A stretch of 32,000 nucleotides of DNA from Psychrobacter cryohalolentis K5 (GCF_000013905.1 NC_007969.1:870001-902000); one strand, 5' to 3'; positions 1 through 10,770 are shown, counted from the first letter of the stretch. Notes: generated by a model not told the origin, from the letters alone. Numbers and translations are program-made.

Positions 1-20
1 GTAAAAGCAATTGGTAATAA

Positions 21-57
21 AAAGGGTGCGTTACATTTAAATGACGCACCCTTTTTC
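21..57 (+). terminator. Rho-independent terminator hairpin, probably closing a + strand gene that lies off the left edge
   Basis: AAAGGGTGCGT (21-31) pairs with ACGCACCCTTT (44-54). T-run at 52-56. The A-run on the 5' side makes it look bidirectional. Confidence 0.6.
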
Positions 58-359
58 TTACTTCATTTTTTAGTGTCAACTTGAAACAGTTACTATTGAT
101 GCTTACTTTTTCGTAGCAACAGCTTTATCTTTGGCAGATAACACAGATGATTTAGTAATAGGAATAGATTGTGCGCCTTCAACTAAATGATTGGTCTTGG
201 TTTGTGTGATCAAGCCTTTGGTAAAGAGAGTACTGTCGTCACGTGTTTTTAAAGTATTGGTGAAATATCATTCACACTGAAAAGCGTGTTCATTGATATC
301 AACAGGGCGTTCTGCGGTTAATGATGGATCGCGATCTGTTGTTGATAATCTATACGAAT

Positions 360-390
360 AGGCTGGGTTAAGCAATCGCCAACCCAGCCT
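360..390 (-). terminator. Stem-loop downstream of the lipoprotein gene (candidate terminator, weak U-tract)
   Basis: AGGCTGGGTT (360-369) and AACCCAGCCT (381-390) form a perfect 10-bp stem with an 11-nt loop, 37 nt past the stop of the 427..816 gene. The trailing sequence on the minus strand is only moderately T-rich. Confidence 0.45.
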
Positions 391-426
391 AATTATTTAT
401 AATGACTGATATTATTAATAAACTAT

Positions 427-816
427 TTATTTAACGATACTGGAATAACAGCTCTGCAATGATTTTGCAACGACTCTAGCCACTAATTGCACACGATATT
501 GTGGGTCTATGGCTGCATTACCCAATTCAACGATGCTGACTTGTTGCGGTGCTTGCTCACTAACGCAACCACAAACTCTGCCTTTTACCGCTTCTTCTTG
601 CGCTTCAGTCATAGCGACACTGGCAATACGCCACGCGTTTTGCTGTTCGATCTGACTGCGACATTGATTGTCGATAGCTGCTTTAAAAACGCTCATACCG
701 ATCTCGTTTGCAGTACCCATTGCTGTTCCTGCATTGGTATTGCCGCCCGTTGAGGCACAGCCTGCTAGTGCAAATGTTGCTAGTAATGCTGTTGATGCGA
801 ATAATTTTTTCATCAA
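427..816 (-). CDS. Hypothetical lipoprotein (129 aa)
   Basis: N-terminus MMKKLFASTALLATFALAG-C is a signal peptide plus canonical lipobox LAGC. The mature part has four further Cys. No family recognised. Confidence 0.75.
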   Translation of the reverse strand: MMKKLFASTALLATFALAGCASTGGNTNAGTAMGTANEIGMSVFKAAIDNQCRSQIEQQNAWRIASVAMTEAQEEAVKGRVCGCVSEQAPQQVSIVELGNAAIDPQYRVQLVARVVAKSLQSCYSSIVK

Positions 817-1457
817 ATTTCCTTTCAGGTTGATCAGTATTATGAGGGGATATTCTTAAAGTTTTATATCGTGCTGAGCAGATGTACCAAAACCTATAAA
901 CTGCTTTTTACTGTCTATACCTTGTGATATTTGCATGATCAGTACGATTAGCAGCACAAATAAAAAGTCATCTTACTAGAACTCAATATTGATGACAAAG
1001 GAAATATAAACGTGCCATCAAAATATCTATTAACAATTGTTTTTTATACCAAGTTATGTCGTAGAAAAAATGATGATAAATATTATAGGAGTAGTTCATC
1101 TTTATGGACTTAAAGGTTTACAAGGCGGTTAAAGTTTGTTTAAATAACTTACAATATGAAACTTAGTATCGCTTAGCGAAACAAGAAAGCGGTATTTAGT
1201 GAATAATAGCGCTTAACTTTCAATAAATTTCGATTTGTAGTCAGGATAAGGGTTAGTGAGAAAAACAATATAGCAATATAAAGTCTCTCATGTTTTAATT
1301 AGATAGACTGTTTTTTTATGGCGCTCTCATGACAACAGAGTGAGTAAAAAGCCATTCAAAGTAGCACGTTGCTAGTGTGACAGATATGGATAGTACCATC
1401 ATATCTGAGTCATACTTTTTTAAGTCCATTTGCTTTATTTTATCAAGGAAGAAAATA

Positions 1458-2504
1458 ATGAAGTCCATTTATAAACTGCCTTTACTTGCGGCAATGATTG
1501 CAGCCAGTATGACAATGGTTGCCTGTTCAGACAAAGCGCCTGCTGATAGCGCAGCTACTGACGGCGCTACTGCTGACAGTGCTACTGCTGATACCACCAC
1601 AGATACTGCTGCCACAGCAAATGACAAGCTTGAAACCAAATTTGTCACCATTGCTACAGGAGGCGCCTCCGGTCCTTACAATATTATTGGAACGTCTTTA
1701 GCAGAGATTTATGCCAAGACTTTTGGCGTTAATGCTAAGACCCAAACGACAGGGGCGTCAGTAGAAAACGTCAATCTATTGACCCAAGGTAAAGTAGATA
1801 TGGTGCTGGCACTTAGTGATGTCGTCACTGATGCAGTCGAAGGTAAAAATGACTTTAAGGCACCTATCGCCAATATTCAGCAAATTGCTGTTCTGTATCC
1901 CAACGTCATTCAGCTGGTTGCTTCAGAGAAATCTGGTATCAAAAACATTGAAGATTTAAAAGGCAAACGTATTGCGGTTGGCGATCAAGGCTCTGGTACT
2001 GAAGTGAATGCTCGAACCTTGTTAGAAGGTTTTGGTATTACCTATGATGATGTCAAGGTAGATTATTTAGGCTTTGCAGATGCTGCAGATGCGATGAAAG
2101 CTGGCAAAATTGAAGCGGCATTTTTTAGCAGTGGCTTACCAAACTCTTCATTATTAGAGCTAGAGCAAGGTATCAAGTTGCAGTTGGTGACCATCAATCA
2201 AGATAAGCTGAAAAAAATTATTGAGACCAAGCCTTACTTTAAGACTTTTGAGATTCCTGCCGGTACCTATGGTAATGCTGCTGCTATTCCAACCACAGCC
2301 GTCATGAATGCCTTGTTAGTACGCTCTGATATCTCGGAAGATGATGGCTATAAGCTGACAAAAGCGTTGTTTGAAAACTTGGATGGGCTAAAGAATGCTC
2401 ACCAAGCGGCGAGCGATATCAGTTTAGAGACGGCTCAAGTCGGTATGGTTGCTCCTATTCATCCTGGTGCCAAAAAATACTATGATGAGAAAGCAGCTAA
2501 ATAA
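1458..2504 (+). CDS. TAXI-family TRAP transporter solute-binding protein, probable lipoprotein
   Basis: ATG at 1458 is preceded by AAGGAAG (1445-1451); the track ORF start at 1377 looks like an artefactual extension. Signal peptide ends in MVAC, followed by an Ala/Thr/Asp-rich linker. IATGGASGPYNIIG-type motif is typical of TAXI receptors. DUF1850-like and fused permease genes follow. Confidence 0.85.
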   Translation: MKSIYKLPLLAAMIAASMTMVACSDKAPADSAATDGATADSATADTTTDTAATANDKLETKFVTIATGGASGPYNIIGTSLAEIYAKTFGVNAKTQTTGASVENVNLLTQGKVDMVLALSDVVTDAVEGKNDFKAPIANIQQIAVLYPNVIQLVASEKSGIKNIEDLKGKRIAVGDQGSGTEVNARTLLEGFGITYDDVKVDYLGFADAADAMKAGKIEAAFFSSGLPNSSLLELEQGIKLQLVTINQDKLKKIIETKPYFKTFEIPAGTYGNAAAIPTTAVMNALLVRSDISEDDGYKLTKALFENLDGLKNAHQAASDISLETAQVGMVAPIHPGAKKYYDEKAAK

Positions 2505-3039
2505 GCAAGTATGGTGGTTTGCTGGCGTAGCATCTATTGCTGCGCTGGTTTTATTTATACTATGGGCGATTTTTAGCCGCCAAACAGTCATTGAAATACG
2601 AGTAGCGGGCGTTGCTGGTAACAATAACAATAGTGCCAGCCTAGTCTGCTATTTTGTTGAGCCCAATTTTCAATTGCGCTGGATTCACTCGGTAGAAAAG
2701 CAGTGGTGGGAGGAGCATTATCTTCGTGAAGAAGAGGGCTTACTATTAACCAATACTTACTTTCAAGCGTTTGGTGCTGGTACGCCGTCTACTGAAAATG
2801 TCGCTCCTATACAAAAAGAGGGCTATGTCGGGTATCAAATCAACCAAAGGTTTCCCCATCTCAACTGGGTTGTATCAAGACTGACAAAAGGTGAGATTGA
2901 CTATGCCAGTCAGCGCATTCTTATTCATCAACTGGTACCAGATTATTCAGAAGTAACTATCATGCCCAAGGCATATAGTCCAATCGATAGATTCAATAAG
3001 GATTTTTGTCATGAACTCCCAAGTGATGGATCACAGTAG
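2482..3039 (+). CDS. DUF1850-like small membrane-anchored protein of TAXI-TRAP operons
   Basis: Sits between the TAXI receptor and the fused permease, overlapping both. One N-terminal TM helix (WWFAGVASIAALVLFILWAIF). The WIHSVEKQWWEE segment resembles what I recall of DUF1850. Start at ATG 2482/2485 is uncertain. Confidence 0.6.
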   Translation: MMRKQLNKQVWWFAGVASIAALVLFILWAIFSRQTVIEIRVAGVAGNNNNSASLVCYFVEPNFQLRWIHSVEKQWWEEHYLREEEGLLLTNTYFQAFGAGTPSTENVAPIQKEGYVGYQINQRFPHLNWVVSRLTKGEIDYASQRILIHQLVPDYSEVTIMPKAYSPIDRFNKDFCHELPSDGSQ

Positions 3040-5089
3040 CGATAAGCCTCATGTCAGTGATGATGCTAAGTTGGCAAATCAGCCAAATGCGCCTGAAGAT
3101 ACTGAGAATTACGATGACGTTGATCCTAGTGTCACACAGGCAATATTAGAAAAATACGATCGAGAATCTATTACGCGTCATATCACCCAAGGTCCAGTGA
3201 AGTATATTATCGCTGCGATCTGTATTTTCTACTCCATTTTTCATTTATACATTACCTTTAATCCAATGCCATCGTTACTACAGCGCTCTGTGCATGTAGG
3301 CGTTGGCTTCGCTTTGATTTTTTTGATATTCCCTGCCAATAAAAAAAGCAGCCGTAAGAAAGTGGCATGGTATGACTGGATTTGGTTTATCTTTTCCTTA
3401 TCTGGGATGACGTATCTCATTTATGAGTATCAAGATATTGTCACCAGTCGCGGCGGTATGGCAAATTCGGTCGATGTGATCTTTTCTATTATTACGGTCA
3501 TCTGCGTCCTTGAAGGCAGTCGGCGTATTACTGGCTGGATCTTGCCTATATTAGCCTCTATATTTTTGCTATATCCCTTTATCAGTCATTTGGACTTTAT
3601 GCCGGATAGGCTGCTCACACGCCCTTATGATTTGGGCGATATTTTTGGTCAATTATTCTTAAAGACCGAAGGCTTATATTCAGTTGCAATTGGTGCCTCA
3701 GTTACTTTTATCTTCCTATTCATTCTATTTGGGGCATTTTTAGCGCGTTCTGGAATGGGTCAGCTGTTTAATGATTTGGCATTGGCGCTGGCAGGCGATA
3801 AAAAAGGTGGACCTGCTAAAGTTGCTGTTATATCAAGCGGCTTTATGGGTAGTATAAATGGTTCAGCCTTATCGAATGTGGTCAGTACGGGCGCGTTTAC
3901 CATCCCATTGATGAAAAAGGTTGGTTATCATAAAGACTTTGCAGGAGCTGTAGAGGCGAGTGCGTCGGTCGGTGGTCAAATATTGCCACCTATTATGGGT
4001 GCCAGTGCTTTTATTATGGCGGAGACGACAGGTCTACCGTATAGCACTATTGCTTTGGCTGCGTTATTACCTGCTATTCTCTATTATCTAGGCGTTATCG
4101 CACAGGTGCATTTTCGTGCCGGTCGCCGTGACTTAAAAGGCATGGCAAAAGAGAGTCTGCCGCAGGTAAAAGAGGTATTAAAAGCACGCGGTCATATGCT
4201 ATTGCCGATTGTATTCTTGATTTATTTATTAATACAAAATGTTCCTGTAGGGTACGCTGCGGCTTATACCATTGGCTTTACTGTTGTCATCAGTATGCTA
4301 CGCAAAGAAACCCGTATGGGCTTCAAGGATATTTTAGGTGCTCTAGAAGATGGCGCACGCCAATCATTAGCAGTGATGGCAGCTTGTGCAGTTGTAGGTA
4401 TCATCATTGGGGTCGTTAGTTTGACCAGCTTTGGTACAGTAATGACCTCTTCAATTGTTACTTTGGGTGCAGGGTCTTTATTGCTTACTTTGATTTTGAC
4501 TATGCTAGCGTCTATGGTCTTGGGTATGGGATTGCCTTCTATCCCTGCTTATATCATTACCGCAACCATGGCAGCGCCTGCTCTAGCAGGGTTTGATATT
4601 CCTATTTTGTCAGCGCATATGTTTGTTTTCTATTTTGGTGTGTTTGCAAATATTACCCCGCCTGTCTGTCTGGCAGCTTTTGCTGGTGCTGGTATCTCTG
4701 GCGGTGATCCGATGAAAACAGGGTATTTGTCATTAAAGTTAGCGTTAGCAGGTTTTATCGTCCCGTTTATGTTTATTTATAATCCTGCGATGTTGATGAT
4801 TGACCCAACAGATCTTGCTGTCACGGCGAAAGAATTTCCATTGCCGCCGGTCATCGATATTATTATTGCTGTTGTGACATCGGTCATTGGTGTGATTGGA
4901 CTTAGCGCCGCGTTAGAGGGTTATTTTAAAAGTGATATGAATCTCGTTACGCGCTTAATATTAGCATTAGGCGCATTGCTGCTGATTTATCCTGGGCTGA
5001 TCACAGGTGCAATAGGCGGCGTAATAGTACTAGGTATTGCGGCGTTCAATATAAAAGGTAGTAAGGCGCCAACCGCTTTAAGTGTTTAA
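3011..5089 (+). CDS. TRAP transporter fused DctQ/DctM-type permease (TAXI class)
   Basis: 692-aa polytopic membrane protein with many hydrophobic helices and a hydrophilic N-terminal tail. Genomic context with a TAXI receptor. Confidence 0.85.
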   Translation: MNSQVMDHSSDKPHVSDDAKLANQPNAPEDTENYDDVDPSVTQAILEKYDRESITRHITQGPVKYIIAAICIFYSIFHLYITFNPMPSLLQRSVHVGVGFALIFLIFPANKKSSRKKVAWYDWIWFIFSLSGMTYLIYEYQDIVTSRGGMANSVDVIFSIITVICVLEGSRRITGWILPILASIFLLYPFISHLDFMPDRLLTRPYDLGDIFGQLFLKTEGLYSVAIGASVTFIFLFILFGAFLARSGMGQLFNDLALALAGDKKGGPAKVAVISSGFMGSINGSALSNVVSTGAFTIPLMKKVGYHKDFAGAVEASASVGGQILPPIMGASAFIMAETTGLPYSTIALAALLPAILYYLGVIAQVHFRAGRRDLKGMAKESLPQVKEVLKARGHMLLPIVFLIYLLIQNVPVGYAAAYTIGFTVVISMLRKETRMGFKDILGALEDGARQSLAVMAACAVVGIIIGVVSLTSFGTVMTSSIVTLGAGSLLLTLILTMLASMVLGMGLPSIPAYIITATMAAPALAGFDIPILSAHMFVFYFGVFANITPPVCLAAFAGAGISGGDPMKTGYLSLKLALAGFIVPFMFIYNPAMLMIDPTDLAVTAKEFPLPPVIDIIIAVVTSVIGVIGLSAALEGYFKSDMNLVTRLILALGALLLIYPGLITGAIGGVIVLGIAAFNIKGSKAPTALSV

Positions 5090-5160
5090 CATTGAAGCGC
5101 TGCTACTTCAAGTGAGACAGAAAAGTTAGAAGCATATAGCGAATTCAGTATTAAAGCGAT

Positions 5161-5241
5161 ACAGTAGGACTGGGATGAATTTTACGCAGCCTCTGTCGGC
5201 GTAGGCACAGCACGCCAGAAAAATTTATACCAGTACTACGT
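5161..5241. repeat. Intergenic palindromic repeat, copy 1 (REP/MITE-like, about 80 bp)
   Basis: Imperfect terminal inverted repeats: ACAGTAGGACTGGGATGAATTTT ... AAAAATTTATACCAGTACTACGT. The core CGCAGCCTCTGTC..AGGCACAG..AGAAAAATT reappears in reverse orientation at 13266-13341. Confidence 0.7.
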
Positions 5242-5285
5242 TGGAACATAACGTATCTGTTTTATTTAGAATTTACTATAGAAAA

Positions 5286-5320
5286 GGTCGAATAGTAGAT
5301 ATCTGCTATTCGACCTTTTT
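5286..5320. terminator. Bidirectional rho-independent terminator between the convergent TRAP permease and lipA
   Basis: GGTCGAATAG-T-AGAT / ATCT-G-CTATTCGACC stem (5286-5315), flanked by GAAAA on the left and TTTTT (5316-5320) on the right. Confidence 0.75.
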
Positions 5321-5367
5321 ATATTTTAAAACTCGTCATTTTACGTTGATATAGTGACGACTCTCAC

Positions 5368-6411
5368 TTAACAGCCAAGTTTCCCTTCTGCTGCTAATGC
5401 TTTTTTGCTACGGATAGGTGCAGGGCAATCTTCACCATAGTACTGACGATCAGCAAAATAGCTTGAGCGCACCATAGGACCTGCCCAAATATTAAAGAAG
5501 CCAATCTTTTTGCCATAGTCCATATAACGCTGGAACTCATCTGGATGCACATAGCGATCGACTGGCGCATGGTCTTTACTAGGTTGTAAATACTGACCAA
5601 CGGTAATCATATCGACGTTATGCGCCTTTAGATCATCAAGCAGCTTATAGATTTCTTCTTCAGTTTCACCAAGTCCAACCATAAAGCCGCATTTGGTCGC
5701 AATATCAGGGCGACGTTCTTTATAAATCTTTAGCAAGTCTAATGAATGCTGATAATCTGAACCTGGACGGAAAGCTTTATATAAACGAGGCACGGTTTCG
5801 ATATTGTGGTTAAAAACATCAGGCGCCGTTTCAGTCAATAAGTCCAATGCGATATCCATACGACCACGGAAATCTGGTACCAAAATCTCGATCAAGCAAT
5901 TTGGGCTCAGCGCACGCGATTCATTCAATACTTCAACGAAATGCATCGCGCCGCCATCTTTTAAATCATCACGGTCAACCGAGGTAATGACGGCATATTT
6001 AAGACCTAAACCTTGGATGGTCTCGGCAGTATGACGCGGCTCATCTTTATCAAGCTCATTTGGACGACCATGTCCGACATCACAGAACGGGCATCGACGT
6101 GTACAGATATCACCCATAATCATAAAGGTAGCAGTACCATCGGCAAAGCACTGTGGAAGGTTAGGGCAGGCAGCTTCTTCACAAACGGTATAGAGTTTCT
6201 GTTCACGTAAGGTGGACTTGATACGTGCGACTTCCGCAGGTGAAGACAGTTTTACCCGAATCCAATCTGGCTTTTTCTTAGCCTCGACAGTCGGGATAAT
6301 TTTAATTGGGATACGAGCAACTTTATCGTAGCCACGGAGTTTTTCGCCTTGGATGGCTTTTTTGGGTTTTGCGCGGGCAGCAGGCGTGTGCGTTTGTACG
6401 GCGTTTGTCAT
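5368..6411 (-). CDS. lipA: Lipoyl synthase
   Basis: Colinear with E. coli LipA. Contains [13 protein letters not shown], the radical-SAM motif [34 protein letters not shown]-like and RSSY. Start chosen at ATG 6411 (MTNAV...) rather than the track's 6444. Confidence 0.95.
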   Translation of the reverse strand: MTNAVQTHTPAARAKPKKAIQGEKLRGYDKVARIPIKIIPTVEAKKKPDWIRVKLSSPAEVARIKSTLREQKLYTVCEEAACPNLPQCFADGTATFMIMGDICTRRCPFCDVGHGRPNELDKDEPRHTAETIQGLGLKYAVITSVDRDDLKDGGAMHFVEVLNESRALSPNCLIEILVPDFRGRMDIALDLLTETAPDVFNHNIETVPRLYKAFRPGSDYQHSLDLLKIYKERRPDIATKCGFMVGLGETEEEIYKLLDDLKAHNVDMITVGQYLQPSKDHAPVDRYVHPDEFQRYMDYGKKIGFFNIWAGPMVRSSYFADRQYYGEDCPAPIRSKKALAAEGKLGC

Positions 6412-6573
6412 AATCGAATGTTCTCTTAACCCTTGATAGAACAAGGGTTTATGGAATTATTAGAATGCTTTATGAATAGAGCTATTATAGCAGATATTTG
6501 GTCAAGGTTTTTTAGGCAATCGTATGAAATTCAGTTTATCAAGGCTACTATAAATAAGCGATTTAGCATAGTT

Positions 6574-7035
6574 TCATTTATTGATATCAATGTTCATGTC
6601 ATTTAGTACGTCTATGGCAGCGCGAAACGCTTCTTGAGTGGCAGGTGCGCCGCAATAAGGCAGGCTGTGCATCAAGACTTCTCGAATCTCAGCGACAGTG
6701 GCGCCATTATTGATGGCACCTCGGATATGTCCCTTTAGCTCAGCGGGACTTTTTTGTGCAATCAAAAAACCAATCGTGATAAGCGAGCGATATTTGCGCG
6801 GTAGTACCGAGTCATCTTGCCATGTACTGCCCCAAGCGTGCTCAATAATCCAATCTTGTAATGGCTGAGTAAATGGCGTTGCTGATTCAAGTGAGCGTTT
6901 GACATGTGCTGCACCCATCACCTCGGTACGAACTTTTAGACCGTTTTCATAATTGGCGTTTTGACTGGTGCCTTGATTGGCATTGTGACTCATACTGTGA
7001 GTAGTATTGCGATCTTCATTTTCTTTATTAGCCAT
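6574..7035 (-). CDS. Carboxymuconolactone decarboxylase (CMD/AhpD-like) family protein
   Basis: The C-terminal 110 aa match the CMD pattern (EHAWGSTW, RSLITIGFLIA, ELKGHIRGAINNGATVAEIREVLMH...PYCGAP). N/Q-rich N-terminal tail. AAGGA lies just upstream of the ATG at 7035; 7041 is an alternative start. Confidence 0.8.
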   Translation of the reverse strand: MANKENEDRNTTHSMSHNANQGTSQNANYENGLKVRTEVMGAAHVKRSLESATPFTQPLQDWIIEHAWGSTWQDDSVLPRKYRSLITIGFLIAQKSPAELKGHIRGAINNGATVAEIREVLMHSLPYCGAPATQEAFRAAIDVLNDMNIDINK

Positions 7036-7535
7036 TGTCATCCTTGATTTTATGATTAAATCCTTTGCATTTAATCGGTATATTCTTATCAAACATTATA
7101 ACAGTCGAGTAGGTTTTATTTAACCGTTAATCGAGATATAGTTGATTCCATTTAACAATAACAACGTATAACAATAACGAGATACTAAGACAGTAGCGGT
7201 ATATCTTTTTAAGTGAATAGATAGTTGCAACCGCAATTTACTACCAATATATTGTGAATGTTAAAAAACACAATAGGTCCTCAGTATGAAAAATTTAGAA
7301 TTTATGATATAGGCACCATTAGTCATATTATTTATGGCACTATTTATATAATAAATGTTCAATATGCCCCCTTTATGACCGCTTTATGAGCCTTTTAAAG
7401 GCTGAGCCATTAACATTTAGGGCGTTTTAAGCTATGATTGCACGGATAATTATTCCATCTAGTATATAGACGCAGGCGGTCATGCTGACTACCCACGTAA
7501 TGTGCTAATACTCCCAACTGACGAGGACGACTATT

Positions 7536-10139
7536 GTGTTAGAAGCTTATCGTAAACATGTCGAAGAACGTGCTGAGCTAGGAACGGTTCCGCTACCACT
7601 GAACGAAAAACAAGTAGCAGAGTTGGTTGAACTACTAAAGAATCCACCAGCGGGCGAAGATGCGTTCTTGATGGACTTGCTCGAAAATCGTATTCCTGCC
7701 GGTGTTGACCAAGCTGCTTACGTTAAAGCGGCATTTTTGGCAGCGATCCTTAAGGGTGAAGCGACCTCTTCACTAGTAAGTAAGAAAAAAGCGGTTCAAA
7801 TCTTGGGTACGATGCAAGGTGGTTACAACGTTCAACCGCTAGTTGCTGCTCTTGATGATGCGGAAGTCGCGCAAGAAGCTGCCGATGCGTTGAAAAAAAC
7901 CTTGCTAGTATTTGACGCATTCAATGATGTGACCGAAAAAGCAGAAGCGGGCAATACTATTGCTAAAGAAGTCGTTCAATCTTGGGCTGACGCTGAGTGG
8001 TTCTTGAGCCGTGACGCTGTACCAGCAAAGACGACTTACACGACATTTAAAATCACTGGCGAAACCAATACCGATGATTTGTCTCCTGCACAAGATGCGT
8101 GGAGCCGTCCTGATATCCCATTACATTCATTAGCCATGCATAAAAACTCTCGCGACGGCATTACTGCTGACGAAGAGGGCGTTATCGGTCCGATGAAACA
8201 GATCGAAGCGTTAAAAGAAAAAGGTCATCCATTAGCCTATGTTGGCGACGTGGTAGGTACGGGTTCTAGCCGTAAATCTGCGACCAACTCAGTACTGTGG
8301 TTGATGGGTGATGATATCCCTAACGTGCCAAACAAACGTGGCGGCGGTCTAGTACTAGGTAATAATATTGCACCTATCTTCTTTAATACTATGGAAGATT
8401 CTGGCGCATTACCAATCGAAAAAGTAGCCGTTGATAACCTAAACATGGGCGATGTCTTTGATATCTATCCATATGATGGAAAAATCACTAAGCATGACTC
8501 TGATGAAGTACTGTCAACCTTCAAGCTAAACTCGCCAACTTTGCTTGATGAAGTTCGTGCTGGTGGTCGTATTCCGTTAATCGTTGGTCGTGGTCTGACC
8601 AATCGTGCTCGTGAATATATGGGTCTTGGTCATTCAGACGTATTTGCTAAGCCAGAAGAGCCAGTTGATACCGGCAAAGGCTTTACACTAGCGCAAAAAA
8701 TGGTTGGTAAAGCTTGTGGTCTAGCAGGCGTTCGTCCTGGTATGTACTGTGAACCAAAAATCACTACGGTTGGTAGTCAAGATACCACTGGTCCGATGAC
8801 CCGTGATGAGCTAAAAGACTTAGCCTGTCTAGGTTTCCAAGCAGATTTGGTGATGCAATCATTCTGTCATACGGCTGCTTATCCAAAGCCAGTTGACATC
8901 GAAACTCAGCATACACTACCTGACTTTATCATGAACCGTGGCGGCGTAAGCTTACGTCCAGGTGATGGTATTATTCACTCGTGGTTGAACCGTATGCTAC
9001 TTCCGGATACCGTTGGTACTGGTGGTGACTCGCATACGCGTTTCCCAATCGGTATCTCATTTCCAGCGGGTTCTGGTCTAGTAGCGTTTGCTGCTGCGAC
9101 TGGTGTTATGCCACTTGATATGCCTGAATCGGTCCGTGTCCGTTTCATCGGTGAGCGTCAAGCCGGTATCACCTTACGTGACTTAGTCCATGCAATCCCA
9201 TACCAAGCGATTAAAGAAGGTCTGTTAACCGTTGATAAGAAAGGTAAAATCAACGAGTTTAACGGTCGTATTCTTGAAATCGAAGGTTTAGAAGACTTAA
9301 CCGCTGAGCAAGCGTTTGAATTATCTGATGCTTCAGCTGAGCGTAGTGCTGCTGGTTGTACGATTACTCTATCTGAAAAGTCAGTTGCCGAGTATCTAAC
9401 GTCGAACATCACATTATTAAAGTGGATGATTTCAGAAGGTTATGGCGATGCACGTACGATTAGCCGTCGTATCGAAGGTATGCAAGAGTGGTTGGCGAAT
9501 CCAAGCCTGATGCGTGCTGATGAAGATGCAGAATATACCATCGATATGGTTATCGATATGTCTGAAATCAAAGAGCCGATTCTTTGCTGCCCGAACGATC
9601 CAGATGATGCAAAAACATTGGCTGATGTCGCTGGTGACACCATTGATGAAGTATTCATTGGTTCATGTATGACTAACATTGGTCACTTCCGCGCTGCTGG
9701 TAAGTTGCTAAAAGATGTCCCAGCAGGTTCTTTGCAAACACGTCTATGGATTGCGCCGCCAACCAAAATGGACGCGCGTCAGTTGATGGAAGAAGGTTAC
9801 TATAATATCTATGCACAAGCCGGCGCTCGTACAGAGATGCCAGGTTGTTCATTATGTATGGGTAACCAAGCACGTATTGCACCGAATTCTACAGCCGTTT
9901 CGACTTCTACCCGTAACTTCCCGAACCGTTTAGGTCAAGGTGCTAACGTATATCTAGCATCAGCTGAATTGGCGTCTGTTGCTGCGGTACTTGGTAAATT
10001 ACCAACCAACGAAGAGTATCAGCAGTACGCTGGCATGCTTGATAGCATGGGCGAAGAGGTGTATCAATACATGAACTTCGACCGTATGGAAGACTATACT
10101 GAAGAAGCTGATAAGATCAACGTTGCTCAGTTGAGCTAA
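7536..10139 (+). CDS. acnB: Aconitate hydratase B / 2-methylisocitrate dehydratase
   Basis: Colinear over the full length with E. coli AcnB, from MLE.YRKHV...[12 protein letters not shown] through [53 protein letters not shown] and [13 protein letters not shown] start with GAGGA 8 nt upstream. Confidence 0.97.
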   Translation: MLEAYRKHVEERAELGTVPLPLNEKQVAELVELLKNPPAGEDAFLMDLLENRIPAGVDQAAYVKAAFLAAILKGEATSSLVSKKKAVQILGTMQGGYNVQPLVAALDDAEVAQEAADALKKTLLVFDAFNDVTEKAEAGNTIAKEVVQSWADAEWFLSRDAVPAKTTYTTFKITGETNTDDLSPAQDAWSRPDIPLHSLAMHKNSRDGITADEEGVIGPMKQIEALKEKGHPLAYVGDVVGTGSSRKSATNSVLWLMGDDIPNVPNKRGGGLVLGNNIAPIFFNTMEDSGALPIEKVAVDNLNMGDVFDIYPYDGKITKHDSDEVLSTFKLNSPTLLDEVRAGGRIPLIVGRGLTNRAREYMGLGHSDVFAKPEEPVDTGKGFTLAQKMVGKACGLAGVRPGMYCEPKITTVGSQDTTGPMTRDELKDLACLGFQADLVMQSFCHTAAYPKPVDIETQHTLPDFIMNRGGVSLRPGDGIIHSWLNRMLLPDTVGTGGDSHTRFPIGISFPAGSGLVAFAAATGVMPLDMPESVRVRFIGERQAGITLRDLVHAIPYQAIKEGLLTVDKKGKINEFNGRILEIEGLEDLTAEQAFELSDASAERSAAGCTITLSEKSVAEYLTSNITLLKWMISEGYGDARTISRRIEGMQEWLANPSLMRADEDAEYTIDMVIDMSEIKEPILCCPNDPDDAKTLADVAGDTIDEVFIGSCMTNIGHFRAAGKLLKDVPAGSLQTRLWIAPPTKMDARQLMEEGYYNIYAQAGARTEMPGCSLCMGNQARIAPNSTAVSTSTRNFPNRLGQGANVYLASAELASVAAVLGKLPTNEEYQQYAGMLDSMGEEVYQYMNFDRMEDYTEEADKINVAQLS

Positions 10140-10251
10140 TTTTGGTCAAATCTTAAATGCTTTGAAGCTTTACAATTATTGTTTAAATAGAAGCCCCGTA
10201 TCGTCATGAACTGACCCCCATAAGTTGGACACAACTTTTGGGGGTTATTTT

Positions 10252-10770
10252 ATGAAGTATGACATCGACTTTAAACTAGGGGTGATAGCCTATTATCAAC
10301 AAGGACATTCAGGCCTTGCTACCGCAAAGCATTTTAATATTAATGATAAAGATGTTTTTAAGTGGGTAAACCAGTATTTAAAAGACGGTATACTTGCAAT
10401 CAAACCTAAAACTAGCAAAGCCATCTACAGTAGCGAGTTCAAGCTTCAAGTCCTGACTACAATGGCAGGTGAAGGTTTAAGTCAATCGCAAGCCGCCTTG
10501 AGGTTTAACATTAGCTCACCTGTGCTGATTAGTGTATGGCGCACAGCCTATGCCCGTCATGGTATGCTAGGCTTAACTGCCAAAGCTAAAGGACGACCCA
10601 CTGTGAAGCACCCTTATCTCACTGACAAACCTGATCATGAAAAGAGTATAGAAGAGATCAAACGCGAGAATGAGTATCTACGCGCGGAGAACGCCTATTT
10701 AAAAAAGCTCGATGCCTTGCTCAAAGAGAGGAAAGCCAATCAGACAAAGCAAGGCTCGTCAAAGGACTAA
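10252..10770 (+). CDS. IS3-family transposase OrfA (HTH domains plus leucine zipper)
   Basis: ATG at 10252 follows a GGGGG run. Two HTH-like segments, and the C-terminal coiled coil IEEIKRENEYLRAENAYLKKLDALL is typical of IS3 OrfA. Confidence 0.9.
   Translation: MKYDIDFKLGVIAYYQQGHSGLATAKHFNINDKDVFKWVNQYLKDGILAIKPKTSKAIYSSEFKLQVLTTMAGEGLSQSQAALRFNISSPVLISVWRTAYARHGMLGLTAKAKGRPTVKHPYLTDKPDHEKSIEEIKRENEYLRAENAYLKKLDALLKERKANQTKQGSSKD
10701..10755 (+). promoter_or_regulatory. Programmed -1 ribosomal frameshift signal of the IS
   Basis: A_AAA_AAG heptamer (10701-10707) in the orfA frame, then a 6-nt spacer. An 8-bp stem follows: GCCTTGCT (10714-10721) pairs with AGCAAGGC (10748-10755). Confidence 0.8.

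Noticed and set aside
268-270. The in-frame TGA in the 103..399 frame as a possible selenocysteine or read-through codon.
   Set aside because: The frame has no start codon, no obvious hairpin lies immediately 3' of the TGA on the minus strand, and the upstream part runs through a terminator-like stem. A decayed remnant is far more likely.
7225-7253. TTGCAA-N17-TATATT sigma70-like promoter upstream of acnB.
   Set aside because: It lies about 280 nt from the GTG start in a very AT-rich spacer where such matches are frequent. I cannot distinguish it from several other TATAAT-like hexamers without transcription start data.
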